Source of the DNA: Veleropilina oligotropha | Lineage: Eukaryota | Reading direction: 5' to 3' | Length of the DNA: 64,000 nucleotides | Assembly: GCA_048128005.1 (NCBI GenBank) | Contig: JBEUKZ010000065.1 | Span: 310,001-374,000 of the forward strand | Shown: one piece after another, positions 1 to 12,872 of the stretch | How the letters are laid out: each line of letters opens with the position of its first letter | Position numbering within the stretch: position 1 is the stretch's first letter | Made by a program: the position numbers and the translations under genes | The notes under the pieces: generated by a model | Seen by the model: only the letters and a program-made list of their open reading frames with translations | Database searches by the model: none | What the model was told of the DNA's origin: nothing

Positions 1-197
1 CATCCATAACAGGGTTCATACACCTTGGTTCATACATCTTGGTTCATACACCTTGGTTCATACACCTTGGTTCATACATCTTGGTTCATACATCTTGGTT
101 CATACATCTTGGTTCATACATCTTGGTTCATACACCTTGGTTCATACACCTTGGTTCATACATCTTGGTTCATACATCTTGGTTCATACGCCTTGGT
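1..197. repeat. 14-bp tandem repeat (GGTTCATACAYCTT)n
   Basis: About 13 copies directly visible; runs off the window edge. Confidence 0.95.
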
Positions 198-306
198 CAA
201 AATGAAATTCAAGCACTTAAAAATGAAATTCAAGAATTATCTTAAGACCGTATAAACCAGTTACAGAATCATATTCTCGTTTAAAAATACTGTTTTAACT
301 TGAGGG

Positions 307-1370
307 TTTGTTACCGGAGGAGGAGCGAGGGTATTGCAATCGGCTCTGTATGTATGTATGCGAGTCCATATGTTTGTATATATGTCCATTCGCATAACTC
401 AAAAACTATTGATCCGATTTACTTGAAAGTTTCTCCCTGGCTCGGTCCTCCTCGAAAATGGTCCGGATTGTGATCCGGGTTCCGATTTTATGACGCAATA
501 TCCGGTTTACAGGTTTTCGGCTGTAGCATTAAAACGCTTCATCGTACAAACATCAAAATAGGCTCAAAATGTTCTTTAGATCAGGGGTCAATGACAACAT
601 GACTTATATAGAATCTATCTCACACAAGATGGCCGCCAGGAGGATTTAAAATTTGAAAAATGGGGGTCAATTTGTAATTTCACCAAATCAAATTAAATTA
701 GGTAAATTCGTTATGCAAATCATAGTCATGATGAAATGATATTGATATCAGCCAAAATATTTAGAAAATAATGTGAAATGTGTAATTTTTATAAGCATTT
801 TAGAAATCAACCAACGAAAATTGCAAATAAATGCCGTAAATATGTAACCACTGAAACCAGACACCTCAAATTTTGCCAAGCAACAGAGTGGGACATTATC
901 TACAACTCTTATCGGTATACTTATGTGTTTGAGCGCATTTGTAGCAATAATTATTGTTCCGAAGTCAAAATTGTCGAGACGTTGCGATATTTGTGATAGC
1001 TCTTTAAATACTGCTAACGCCGTGATATAATTTACACCATTAAGGAAGGTTACCATAATCTATCTTTCTTGAAAGTTTCAGGTATATCGCTTTAGTAACT
1101 ATTGAGTTATTGCGAGTTAAGTATTGTCAACTTCGGCAAAATTTGCAAACACAAAAATGTAACACCAAATATAAATAGCCTAATTAGCGGTTGTATTTCG
1201 ACTGTCAGTATGGCGTAAACGGTTAGGTTGTTGGGGAAAGATCTGGAGGTCCAGGGTTCTATTCCAGTTACCTCCACAATAATATTTTTAATTTTTAGTT
1301 AATTTAATGCTAATAATGTGATATAATTTACACCGCTAAGCATTGATACGGTAATCAACCTTTCCTGGAT
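307..1370 (+). mobile_element. Degenerate HINE/DINE-like interspersed element
   Basis: T-rich start, short inverted repeat and (TGTA)n microsatellite, followed by degenerate internal repeats (1010-1080 resembles 1310-1370). Boundaries approximate. Confidence 0.4.
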
Positions 1371-1573
1371 ATTTTATGATTGTAATGTTTTGAAATATTG
1401 ATCGTAGACATTTCTGACTTTCACCATCGTCTTCCTTGGCCCCGTGGCGAGGGTTTGCAATCTCGTCTGATTTCTCTTATTTTCCCATGCGAGCAGGCTC
1501 TCCACCTGTATGAACATGGCAGTTGTTATAACGAGACATGAAGCATTGATCCAAACCAGAATGAGATACTCAC

Positions 1574-1670
1574 AGCTCCGGGCTGCAGTGCGGCGGCTGA
1601 GGCATGCGGTACCCGGACTGGACCCGGTCCATGACCTCGCTGGTCTCCATGCACGTGTAGGGCACCATGC
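1574..1670 (-). CDS. Receptor tyrosine pseudokinase, exon: kinase subdomain X
   Basis: tttgttgcag|GC...CT|gtgagt; 97 bp, phase 1-2: GMVPYTCMETSEVMDRVQSGYRMPQPPHCSPEL. The subdomain XI exon probably lies left of the window. Confidence 0.9.
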
Positions 1671-1876
1671 CTGCAACAAACAAGCATGACAGAGATATAA
1701 TAGACATACAGCACACCTGAAAGCAATACACACAAGCATTACAAAGATAGCATATGATGCACTGTAACTCTGACAGATACTAACAGCAAATCCATGCAAT
1801 ATTAAATATCATGCATAAATGATAACACTCTGCTCAATGGAACAATTTCTGGCGAATTTAATTGATACAATACAAA

Positions 1877-4330
1877 ATGTATCTGTATCTGTTGACATAA
1901 TCTGCAATGGACCATAAGGTCTATCCCGCAGACGGATGGGATGCGTGCATGGGTTGATTCAGATGATAGATAATCTGAAAGTGGTTGTTCAAATTTTTCA
2001 ATTGATTTTGCATTTACTATGTGGGCGGGGAGACTATTCCATTCCGGGACGGACCGTTGTGCAAAGGCGTATTTGTCAACGTTGCCTCTGGGTTGGTGGT
2101 ACCTTTGCAGCTTGTCGCTGTTGTTCCCCCTTGTTTGAGTTCTATTTTCATTGAAGAAAGTTTCCTTTGGTATGGCTACCTCTCCTCTGATGATGCGAAA
2201 TACCATCGTTAGTCATGCAGACATCCGTCGCTTTTCCAGTGAATCCCATTGCAGCGATGAAATCATGCTGGTTAAGCTACTGGTTTGATGGTAGTCATTA
2301 CAGACATAACGGGCTGCACTACGTTGTATCCACTCTATCGTCTTAACTTCCTTCTTGGTATGGGGGTCCCATACCGATGCACAGTACTCCAGATTGGGTG
2401 GTACCAGAGCCATGTAACCTGTTCTCTTAATGATATGGGGCATACTTCTGGTGTTGCATCTTATGAAACCCAATTTTGGGTTTGCTTTCTTGACCATCAA
2501 ATCAATGTATTTGGACCATTTATAATTGTCGCTGAGGAGTATTCCTAAATATTTGTGTGCTTGAGTGTGACCTTATTTTGTGCCATATAGAGAGTAACTG
2601 CTAGTGATGGGTTTTCTGGTGGTGAGGAAGCGGAGGACAAAACACTTGGTTGCGTTAAATTCCATTTGCCATAGATTTGTCCATTTCTTGAGTATTTCTA
2701 GGTCTTTTTGTAGTTGTATTGTGTCTGTGTCTTCAACAATTTCACTATAGAGAATGCAGTCATCCGCAAATAACCGTACCTTAGATGTTATACTATTAGG
2801 CAGATCATTTATATACAGGACGAAAAGAAGTGGTCCCATCACCGTTCCTTGTGGCACTCCTGATATTACTGAAACATGGGTTGACTTTTCGCCTTCCAAC
2901 GCCATGGACTGGGTCCTCATTGTCAAGAAAGATCTCTCATGTGGGACCTTGTCGAAGGCTTTGCTTTAATCCAAAACTATCATGTCCACTTGCTTTCGTT
3001 TGGTAAATGAGGCAGCCAAGTCATGGGTAGTCAGCAGGAGCTGCGTTTCGCAAGAGTGGCGTGATCGGAAACCGTGTTGTAGTGGAGACAGGATACTATT
3101 GTTATCTATATGTTTCATGATTTCAGAGGTGATGATATGTTCCAGAGTTTTGCAGATGATACAGGTTAGTGATACTGGGCGGTAGTTTTCAGCTCTGGTT
3201 TTGTCGCCTTTCTTATGTATGGGTACAATGTTTGGCGCTCTCCAATCATGTGGTAGAGTAGTACCAACTTCGAGGGACTGGTTAAATATGTGTGTTATAA
3301 CTGCACTTATGTCTGATGCAAGTTCTTTTGATACCTTACCAGGTATTTCATCTGGACCTGCGTCTTTGTTTGCATTGAGATTTAATAGCAGTTTTTCAAC
3401 CCCTTTCTGGTGTACTGGATATTTGGCATGTTGTTGTATTTCTGAGATGAAATAGTAGGGATATTTGATACGTCTTCACTTGTGAATACCCCTTGAAATT
3501 GATTCCTAAGAATGTTGGCTTTATCCTTGCTGTCAGACCGCAGTATTCCTCTTTCATCACGTAGCTGTTGTACACCTAGGGAGTCTTTCTTCAATTTCTT
3601 CACATAACTACAGAATGCTTTAGGGTTCTCATTATGCTGTTTCCGATGATTTCATTTACGTACTTCAGCCGAGCCTTCTTGAGATCTTTTTGAATTTCTT
3701 TCCGTAGTGTGGTGAATCGTTCCCAATGTTTCTCACAGTTTGTTTGTTTTGCTGCGGCATACGCTCTTTTCTTAACTCTGATCTTTCTCTGCATATTCTT
3801 TGTGATGTAAGGGAGGTTGAATCATGGACTACTCATTCTCGATGGTATGAACGATTCCATGATATAGAGTAATTTGGTCTTGATCGCCTGCCAATTTTCC
3901 TCCACTGTTCTCAGTTGTGGTTCATTCTCGAAATACTCTTTATTTTGACAAAATCAGCTTGCTTGAATTTCCATATTTTGTGTGGTTTACTCTTCTGGAT
4001 TTTGCGTGATACTGTAAATCTGACCTGTGTGGTGTCATGGTCACTAATGCCAGGGATTGGTTTCACAGTTTCAATAAGTGTGGTGTTATTGATAAATAAT
4101 AAGTCAAGTGTTTCCTTTACGTGTGGGGAAATTCACAATTTGCTCTAGACAGTTTTCTTGGGTGGTATTAAGTAACATGTTGCAATATGTCTCACAGTCC
4201 TTATATGTTCTTTGACTGTATGGTTTGATAGAATTGTCATGCCATCTGATATCAGGCAAGTTAAATTCACCATCTATAACTTTGGTCGCATCCAGTGGTC
4301 ATTTCTTTATCGATTCGTCCAGTAGCTGCC
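1877..4330 (-). mobile_element. 5'-truncated, decayed CR1/L2-like non-LTR retrotransposon (APE + RT)
   Basis: Frameshifted fragments: GEFNLPD endonuclease motif near 4260, SGVPQGTVMGPLLFVLYINDL, RLFADDCILY, LEYCASVWDPH. 3' tail of (AGATAC)n near 1877-1890. Confidence 0.88.
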
Positions 4331-4624
4331 AAGATAGTATGATTTAATGAATCTGGAGAGCTAAATAATTTTGCATAACACAGACTCAGCAAACGTTTAT
4401 CGCATGACTATTTTCTTATGTGGGTAGCAATTTCTTTGAGAGTCATTTGTTTTTACGGGATGTATTAAATACATTATTACCTTCTCACTCAATAAGCTGA
4501 GTGGCTAAAACATAGTACACTTATCTGGTGCCTAATGTCCTAAAATCCTCAGAGCATTGCTCTAAGAACACAGCTCCTTCAAGTAAGGTAATAATGTTTA
4601 TAATTTGCATACATAGATTCTTAC

Positions 4625-4736
4625 CGAAGTGCAGAATTTCCCAGAGCAGGATTCCATATGACCACACATCCGTTGCCAGGTTGAATTCATTGTTAGACAG
4701 CGACTCTGGAGCCATCCACCGAACGGGAGCGCTTTG
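4625..4736 (-). CDS. Receptor tyrosine pseudokinase, exon: kinase subdomains VIII-IX
   Basis: cattttcag|CAA...TTC G|gtaaga; 112 bp, phase 0-1: [37 protein letters not shown] (tyrosine-kinase PVRWMAPE and DVWSYG motifs). Confidence 0.93.
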
Positions 4737-5645
4737 CTGAAAATGACGGCAAATATAATGCAACAAGCCCACAAGGCAACAGTAAATATTTATAAATTCA
4801 TCAGTAACAATGGTCTCCCACCATTATAATGGCATTAATTACAAGTCAACATCAGTTATCATAGTAACAATAAATCTCTGTATATCAATGAAAGGAAGTG
4901 TATCATCTCAACCGAGCTCTATTGACTCTGATATTATGAAATAATTGTTGGCATGGTCGACAGACATCAACTCATTCTTCCCATTATACAGCTGTAATAT
5001 AATATACAAAACCTAGGTTCCTGCAAAATTGAATTATATTAACATGGCTCTGTGATAAGAGCATGAGCCTCAGGATGCAGAGGTAGTGAGTTCAATCGCC
5101 TTGTTCCGGTAAATTTATTTGTGCAATAAATTACAGGGCCATAGCAAACAGTCAGGCCTGACTGGTTTTCAGGCAGTGTGGGGGTTTTATTTTCGAAGTG
5201 CACATTTTAAGTTAATAATTTATACCAATTAACCTCAATTAACAGGTGATAATTATCAATTATCAGACACGTGATCACAGATTAATATTTAAAAGCAGGA
5301 GAACGCATCTGAGGTCTGCATATGCCCCCCCATCATAGGTCCACTCGGACCCGTCGAGCTCTCAATCATCGGTAATCAAAGTAAACATGTAGGACCGAAC
5401 CGCTGTTAAATTCATTGCTATGACCCTAAATTATCATGTATATACACATCGGTTCAACCAGTTGATCTGCGTGTGGACCTGGTTGGCAGTATGGTACTTC
5501 CCTCTTGTGGTGACTATAATGCTCTCATAGGAGTTGAAATGGTATTTGATAATAACAGGTCTTTACAATTTTTCAATAAATTATAATATTAGGAAATAAT
5601 GGTATCTATTCTAATATCTATGTTAAGTAAATAAAGTTTACTTAC

Positions 5646-5759
5646 AGCATAGTACATGCTCCTCTCCGCAACATTATGAGGGAAGCCAATTCCAGACAGT
5701 TTACACACGCCGCCTTTACTGACAAGAACGTTCTGGGTTTGTAACCGATAATAAATCAG
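5646..5759 (-). CDS. Receptor tyrosine pseudokinase, exon: degenerate catalytic and activation loops (VIb-VII)
   Basis: ttttgttttag|CTG...GCT|gtaagt; 114 bp, phase 0-0: LIYYRLQTQNVLVSKGGVCKLSGIGFPHNVAERSMYYA. Aligns with the typical IHRDLAARNVLV...CKISDFG segment. Confidence 0.88.
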
Positions 5760-6650
5760 CTAAAACAAAACAACAGAAAAAGGTATAGACCATGACATGC
5801 AACACGTGAGCTTGCTCCATTGAATCTCACTTCAGATTAAAATATCCTTGATGTCCCATAACTAGAATCCATACCCAGGTCTATGCACGATTAAATCACA
5901 ACATTATGTTTACAATGAACTGTATGCCCTAAAAATAATCAATTCAAATTCAGTTCGTGCTGCACTCATTCAATTACATAATCTATCACCAAATTTACTT
6001 GAATGCTTTGGAGCGAGTTCAATGAAAGTGAACGTTAGCTAACCAATGAAGTTGAACAATCTTTTAACAAAACTTTAGCGAACGGAAACAGAATGGTCAC
6101 CTGAGACAACATGGCTGCGAATAAATAAAAGATGCGTGTAATTCATGCGAAATCATTGAATAACCTGAATAATGCTTAACAAAAAGTTCATCCATCACAA
6201 TACATGTAATGTTATCAAGTTCTTTATATATTTATCTTATTTTTGTTTATGTGCTCTCTGCTGTCTCATATTGTAAATAACAACTTTGGATGAAAAGCAG
6301 GGCGGATAATTTATTTTACGATGGGTATATAGAGCAAAATTCATCATATACACAATGTATTTAATATTTATAATAAAAAGGATTATCTGCAAAACGTATA
6401 TCTTCAATACTAAAAGCATTATGAAATTAAAATGCAGATGAAAAATAAGCAGCCTTGTACTTGATAAATTACTTGTTGACCTAGAGACTTTAAAATCTTT
6501 CGGATTTGTTAGCATGACGAAAGTTGTCAACTGGCGTTTAATTATGACCCCAGAAAGCATAGGTGAAATACCCTTGTAATATTGTGCAAGCACGAATGAT
6601 ACCCTTTGAAAAATCTGTTTGAGAATAATCTACGCAGTAACATCACTCAC

Positions 6651-6856
6651 TCTGAATTTTGAGAGATGAGCGAGACCGCTCGCTATTTGGGCTGCGAGAG
6701 CCAGCATTTTGTGCGCTGTCAGGCAGTGATTGTGGAGCCGCACAGCCTGGTTGTTGCCGGGGGCGATCTCTACTTCCTGTTGACCGGGCTTCCTCTTCTG
6801 TATGTACTGCCAGAGCGTTCCCTCTGTGGCAAGATCCAGCATCATCATGGGGGGCT
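6651..6856 (-). CDS. Receptor tyrosine pseudokinase, exon: kinase subdomain V, insert, VIa
   Basis: cttcctcctccag|AG...AGA|gtgagt; 206 bp, phase 1-0: EPPMMMLDLATEGTLWQYIQKRKPG...LTAHKMLALAAQIASGLAHLSKFR. Confidence 0.9.
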
Positions 6857-7001
6857 CTGGAGGAGGAAGCGAACAAATACTACTACATACAGAGATCCAG
6901 CATCATCATGGGGGGCTCTGGAGGAAGAGGCAAACAAATACTACTACAGACAGAGATCCAGCATCATCATGGGGGGCTCTGGGGGAGGAAGCAAACAAAT
7001 A
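6833..7001. repeat. 61-bp minisatellite containing the exon splice acceptor (left part)
   Basis: Unit AGATCCAGCATCATCATGGGGGGCTCTGGAGGAGGAAGCGAACAAATACTACTACAGACAG. The first unit overlaps the 6651-6856 exon; the array is cut by the DIRS element. Confidence 0.95.
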
Positions 7002-7300
7002 TGAGGTTTTTAAGTAAACCTAATATTAGTATAAAACATACTTACGTCCTTACTCTTGCCATAATAGTCATATTATCGCCAACCGGAAACAGTGAATAAA
7101 GTCACATTTATGCACTTATTAAGTCAAAACACACCACGATCACCTCCCCTGCTCCCCCTCTCTAAGTTCCCCCGGCGAGATCTCGCCAAGTCTCGCGAGA
7201 TATCCGAGCTCGAGATCACAAGACCTCAATTCAAAGTTCAGAACCCCAAAGGAACTTAGTAAGAGGGGAGGAATGCGAAAGCGCAGGGTGGGTAATCGTG

Positions 7301-7391
7301 GTAAGGACGTAAGTATGTTTTATACTAATATTAGGTTTACTTAAAAACCTCATATGTAGTTACAAACATACTTACGTCCTTACTCTTGCCA
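7301..7391. other. DIRS internal complementary region (ICR)
   Basis: Reverse complement of the left end (6999-7053) fused through a shared TAT to the reverse complement of the right end (14153-14191): ...AAAAACCTCA-TAT-GTAGTTACAAAC... Confidence 0.92.
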
Positions 7392-8439
7392 GAATGACCT
7401 TGGATAGGTGGGTAAGAAGTTCCTTACAACAAACCCAAACAAGATTATGACTTACTTTTCACCATCTCAATCAGCATGAAGCGTCGATTGTGTCCGCCCA
7501 GAGTGGAATCTACTGAGTATTAATTCTACTCTTACCAAGCGAGAATTTCGACCAGTGTTACCGGAAGAATACGCCGTGGTGTTAGTCGGACGAGGGGAAC
7601 GGAAGTGCAATCAGCCCCAGGTACGGCTGGAAGGATTATCCTTGTAGGTCTTACGTGTCATGGGCCAGTGGCAGCCAAATGGTACTCCGGGCCATAGGCC
7701 GGTAGCCAGAGGAAGCAGTCGGATTTGTAAGCACACGGAACCTAATAGCTAGGTAGTGAAGATATCAAATCATAAGCAAAGAATTAATAGATTATTAATA
7801 AATAATCGATATTAATAAGTAATTCGCATTACCAACTTGCGAATAGCTAACATGAGTACATGTTACTTAAAATAAATTTTAAGGAAGCAAATATTAAAAA
7901 AATTTCAATGTCTTGAACATCGTATGTTCTATACAGCATAGAACATCAATAATATTGAACCTCAAAATCTTATAAGACTTTTTGCAATATAAATGTTTAT
8001 TAAATTCAATGTGAACTGGCTTGTCAAAATACTCAGTTATGACATGAAAATATCAAGATCTTAAAATGTTTTTAAGAAATGAACATACATTGAATCGCCT
8101 CATAATGTGTCTATTTCATAGAACAGCTAAGGCATAACAATAACATTGCGTCAGCACGAAGTATTTAATTGATTAATCAAGAAAGAATACTCACTGATTA
8201 GACGACCTTTGTCTAATAATACATCGTTGAGCAGTGACACATTGTAGACGGCTCAACCCATCAGCCTCATGGATAATCCCGCAGGAAATGCTTAACAAAG
8301 ACATTTCTAGAAGCAACGCTGAGATGTTTAGCTGCAAATGCACGGACCTCGTGCGCGCGGACCGATACAAAATAGTGCGGCCTACTTTTCACAGCGAGAG
8401 TAGTCTCTATCTGTGAAAACCACCGCGAAACAGTCGTCT

Positions 8440-9217
8440 CCGTAATGTCGCGGGTATAAGAAGGTAAATACGAATAAATTTATAGACGTAGTTTTCCCTG
8501 CCGCATATCACGGGTCCTGTCGAGGGTTAAAGGTCCACATCGTGTCGTCTGACCAGCGTAAGCTTGGGGATAACGATATCAGGGGCGTCTCGATCGGCCG
8601 TTGATTCTTGGCGAGGAACCCAAGATAGGACGCCGCATCACCGACCCGACTGACTGGAAACGAACGTCTCGTAGCTCTGCGGATAGACTATGAATTTCTG
8701 AACAACGCCTGCCCGACGCTAAGGCGATAAGAAACCGTTTCCAGTGCGCGTTAGATTTCTCATAGAAGCCGAGCACATAGGCTTGGTAGAGCGTTGAGTA
8801 TGAGGACGATGTTCTAGGCAGGCGGCCGTATCGTGCGGGTCGGCAATTCGAGTTCGTAAGATCGTATAAAATCCGAAATCGTTCGGTCGCTAGACAAGCT
8901 AACACGGGCACGGCACTGTTTTAACGTGGTCGCGACCGTTGCCCGATAGCCTTTGACGGCGGACACTGACATTCCGCGTTCGAAGAGCGACGATAGAACT
9001 CGATAAATTTGTTCACAGGGGGATGGAGAATATTGACCTGCCGGCTGTGACACCAATCCACGTATTTGACCCATCGGTAGTCGTAGACTTTAGACGTGGA
9101 AAGCCTTCTCGATCGATAGATGCGTAGGGCTATAGCGCGAGAAAATCCTTTTTTAGCGAGGGATCGTTCGATAACCGCCAGGCGTGTGAGCGTAAGTCGT
9201 CGACGGGTGTGACACAC
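8440..9217 (-). pseudogene. DIRS tyrosine recombinase (frameshifted, apparently internally deleted)
   Basis: STSKVYDYRWVKYVDWC and SAVKGYRATV (N-terminal SAM-like domain), IALASGRRCSEIHSL (catalytic Arg box). The remaining C-terminal part is short. Confidence 0.78.
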
Positions 9218-10930
9218 GGGTGCGCGCCTGCATTAACAGGTCCGGTCGCTGCGGGAGCGCTAACGGTCGATCGACGATCAGATCGAGGAGGGTCGGAAAC
9301 CAAGGTTGCGTGCGATACAAGGGCGTGATTAGCGTTATCTCACAACGTTCGTTCGATGCCTTCTGTAGTACGAGTGTCAGGATGTACGACGGGGGGAAGG
9401 CATACGCGGACAGATTCTCCCATGTCATTGACAACGCGTCGACCGCTAGGGCGGCCGGGTCCGGGTACGGGGAGACATACAGAGGTAGTCGGTAATTAAA
9501 TTCTGTTGCAAACAGATCGACTTGGGGTTGTGACCACCGGCGACAAACGTCCCGAGCTACTCGGCTGTGTAGCGTCTACTCTGTGTGTTAATCTGTGATT
9601 TCCGAGAGAGCGAGTCCGCTCTGACATTCACTTTCCCGGGATGTGTCTTGCTCGTATCGTCGAGTTGAGGGACATCACTAGGCGGTGTAGGTCGATTGCT
9701 TGGTCGCAAAGGGGACGCGAGCGAGTGCCGCCCTGGTGTTGAATGTATGCGACGACAGTCGTATTGTCCGTGGCGAGCATTATATGCTTGTTGCGGAGAA
9801 GTGACGAGAGGGACCGTACTGTCAGGTAGACCGTCTCTAACTGTAGGAAGTTGATGTGTCGTCCCTGAAGGTCCGTCGGCCATAGGCCCGATGTCTCGTA
9901 ACTGTCGAGGTGACCACCCCAGCCGTCGTTCGAAGCGTCTGTGAACAGGTAAGCGTTCGGCTCTGGCGGGGATATAGGAACCGACTGGCTCGGCAAAGCA
10001 GGGTTCAACCCCACCGCTGTCGTGCGGGTAAACCAACGCCGAAGATCGATACGATCCGTCCACTGCCCCGTCCGTTGTATCCAGCGATCTCTGAAAGCCT
10101 GTTGTAACGGTCGGTTGTCTATTTGACCCGTCGGTAGCAGGGTCGCTACCGACTCGATGTGCCCCAGGACAGCGGCCAGTTGTCGCGCCGTAGTTATCTC
10201 CGATGACAGGGTGTCTGGAATAACCGCGCGTAGGTTCCGTATACGTTTCTGGGTCGGTTTCGCGGTGTACCGGACCGTATCGAAGTCGACTCCGAGAAGC
10301 GTAACGTCTTGGAGGGTACGAAGCAGGATTTTGTCTCGTTGATCTGAAATCCCAGTCGCTTCGCCGATGACAGGGTAAAGCTCGTAGACCGGTGGCACAG
10401 ATCCCGGGACGCCCCGAGGATCAGCCAGTCGTCGAGGTACATATATACCCTGTGCCCTAGAGAGTGTAGGAAGGCTCCGAGGGCCTGTACTGTTCTCGTG
10501 AAGACGTACGGGGCTGACGATAGACCGAACGGTAGGCACCTGAATGGTAGATCGTCTCCCCGTGTATAAACCGAAGGTACTGATGAGCCGTGATATGCAT
10601 CGGGACATGCAGATACGCGTCGGTCAGATCGATAGACTCTGCCCAGTCGCCCGGACGGATGGTCGCTCGTATCTTCGAGAGGGTTTCTTGCTGGAATTTC
10701 TCGGTGCGAAGATATCGGTTGACATACGAGAGATCGAGGATCGGTCGCCAGCGGCCATCGGGTCTCGGGACCAGGAAGAAATGGCTGTAAATCCTGGTGT
10801 GCTGGGCGGCGCGGGATATATCGCTCCTTTGAGGAGTAAGTCCCGCACTGCCTGGTCTAAGACCGCTTGTTTCTCGCCTTGCAGAGGGCGAGCGCGGCTT
10901 GGTGGTGGTGCCTCGGTTAGGGTCGGATGC
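9200..10930 (-). pseudogene. DIRS reverse transcriptase / RNase H / methyltransferase-like ORF (frameshifted)
   Basis: RT: FFLVPRPDGRWRPILDLS, SIDLTDAYLHVP, YLDDWLI. RNase H: LFTDASNDGWG, TDNTTVVAYI, HIPGKVNVRADSLSR. MT-like: DLFAT...AYAFPP...PWFP. Confidence 0.9.
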
Positions 10931-11009
10931 CGGTAGTTCTAGCCACGGCTGGCTGTACGCTTCCACCGGCGGAAGCGGGCAGCTGGGATCGTCGTGTGTG
11001 CCGGCAGCC

Positions 11010-12872
11010 CTAGGGCCGAGGCTTCCCTCTCCTGCTCTGACGGGATTTTGTTGGAGGTGCTTGCCTCCTCTGAGTGGGTTTATTGGCCGGGGGCCTACCA
11101 CCAGAAGAGGGCCTTGCACGCTTGGAAGGCTTCGGGGTCCGGGTGGGCCCTGAACGCTTCCTCGAGTCGGCGGGTGGACCCCCGGGGGGGTGCAGTATCG
11201 CCTTCTCGATGGCACAGTCCTTCAGGTCCGCCGCTCTCTTGACGACGAATTCCGAGAAATTGTCGCCAAATAGAGTGGGGGCCGAGCAAGGCACGCATCG
11301 CAACGAGCGCCGGGTGGCCTCATCTAGCGAGGTGCCTTCAAGGTAAGCGTCCCTACGAAGTAGGAGTGCGTTACCCAGGACACGTCCCGTCTCCAACGCG
11401 CTGGTCTCCATAACGGCAGCAACCTCCTGGAGGAAGGACAGGGCCGCCCACGGGCGCCGGGTCCGTCCTCCTGTAATACGGCTATCGCCCCGTCTAGGAA
11501 AAACTCCTGAACGGACGACAGCCGCAGAGCCCGTCGGGCGGAGCTCTCGAAAGCTTCCAAGGCGGACCAAGGAACTTTCGCTACAGAGGGAGTGTGACTG
11601 GCGGTCAGTCGACGCATCGCTGCGTCAACACGAGCCGCTCAGTCGCCAGGCACGGGCCAGTACATGTGAACGGGATCGAACGCGAACTGGCCCGGAAGTA
11701 CCTCCCACTACGGAACCCCGAAGGGAACTCCGTCAATGGGGAGGACTCCACCGGATTGCGCCCCTGAATGAGCTTCGTTGTCGAGTCTACCACCAGATCA
11801 ACAAGCCCAGACTGAGGTAAGGAAGGAAGCAAGGGGGCCTCCTTCGCAACAAACCGATGTGCCGCCGTCCTGTGCTTGACCGAGCCTACGTCCGACCGAG
11901 TCGGTTCCGGCAAGCCAAGCACCCCGCGAAGTGACACAACGGCGTCTAGCCTTCGGCGGGTGGTGGAGGTCGGCTCCGGCGTGCCTGAAAGACTACCGTC
12001 TTCGGGCCCGACCGATTCAGGGAGGTCGGAGTGAGTAGAGTCGAGGTCCTCGTCGGAACGAGGGTCGATCTCCATCACGGTGGCAGGAGCCGTGCTCTGC
12101 GCCACGGGCAGAGGTGTAGGGAACTGGGGCGGCTCGGGAGCCGGTTGCCAGGCCTTACATCGAGACTCGAACTCCGCCGCGATCATAGCCTGGACGTTCT
12201 CTATGAGAAACCCGGAGGCATGACGGGCGTTGAACTAACAGCCGGTAGTTCTGTCGAGGTCACGGTGGCACAAGGTAGACGGGCTGCACGGACAGGTGGA
12301 ACCGAGAACCAGGGTCTCGGGTCACCCGTCGAGCGGTCGTACCCGAAAGACTGGCCCGAAGGCGCAATCAGTGGGTCGGACGACCTGTAGGACTGCGGCC
12401 ACAGTCCGTACTGGTCTACCGCTCTGTTCGAGCGAGGCACGGTCGGATCACCGTAAAACCCCGTCCCGAACGCAGCCGGTCTGTCCACGTTATCTAGCGT
12501 GACCATCGTGGGTGCACGGGAGAGAACGGGCCCTCTGAAACAGTCGTGAGCTCCGAGGTTGAGCGGAAAAACCCGAGGGTTAGTCGCGTCGGTCTCGGAC
12601 GAGGTTTCAGGCGTCGCCAATTGTCCGGATCTTAGACCATCGTAATGGTGTCCGGCCTCTTTATTGGCTTTCTCATTGGGTTGCTCTCCGTCGTTAAACG
12701 GAGAGTTTCCCGCAGAAGGACTAACGTTCCCCGTATTCTTCGAGGCCGAAGAATAGGAAGGGGATTGTCTGCCCTGCTCAGCGGTTCGCCGCACTGCCAG
12801 ATATACCTTGCTAGCCGGCAAGGTATGGTTGGCTGCAGTTACTAGGCACGTTTGAGGAGGATCGAACAGCAC
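11010..12872 (-). pseudogene. DIRS gag-like ORF1 (broken into 3 frames)
   Basis: Consecutive ORFs 12201-12872, 11605-12186 and 11010-11570 upstream of RT. Contains GNALLLRRDAYL...PTLFG, typical of DIRS ORF1, and a basic C-terminus. Confidence 0.7.

Noticed and set aside
1420..1505. Possible final kinase exon after catacag at 1506
   Set aside because: The in-phase translation (LWRACSHGKIREIRRDCKP...) lacks the subdomain XI CW...RP.F pattern; the real exon is probably outside the window.
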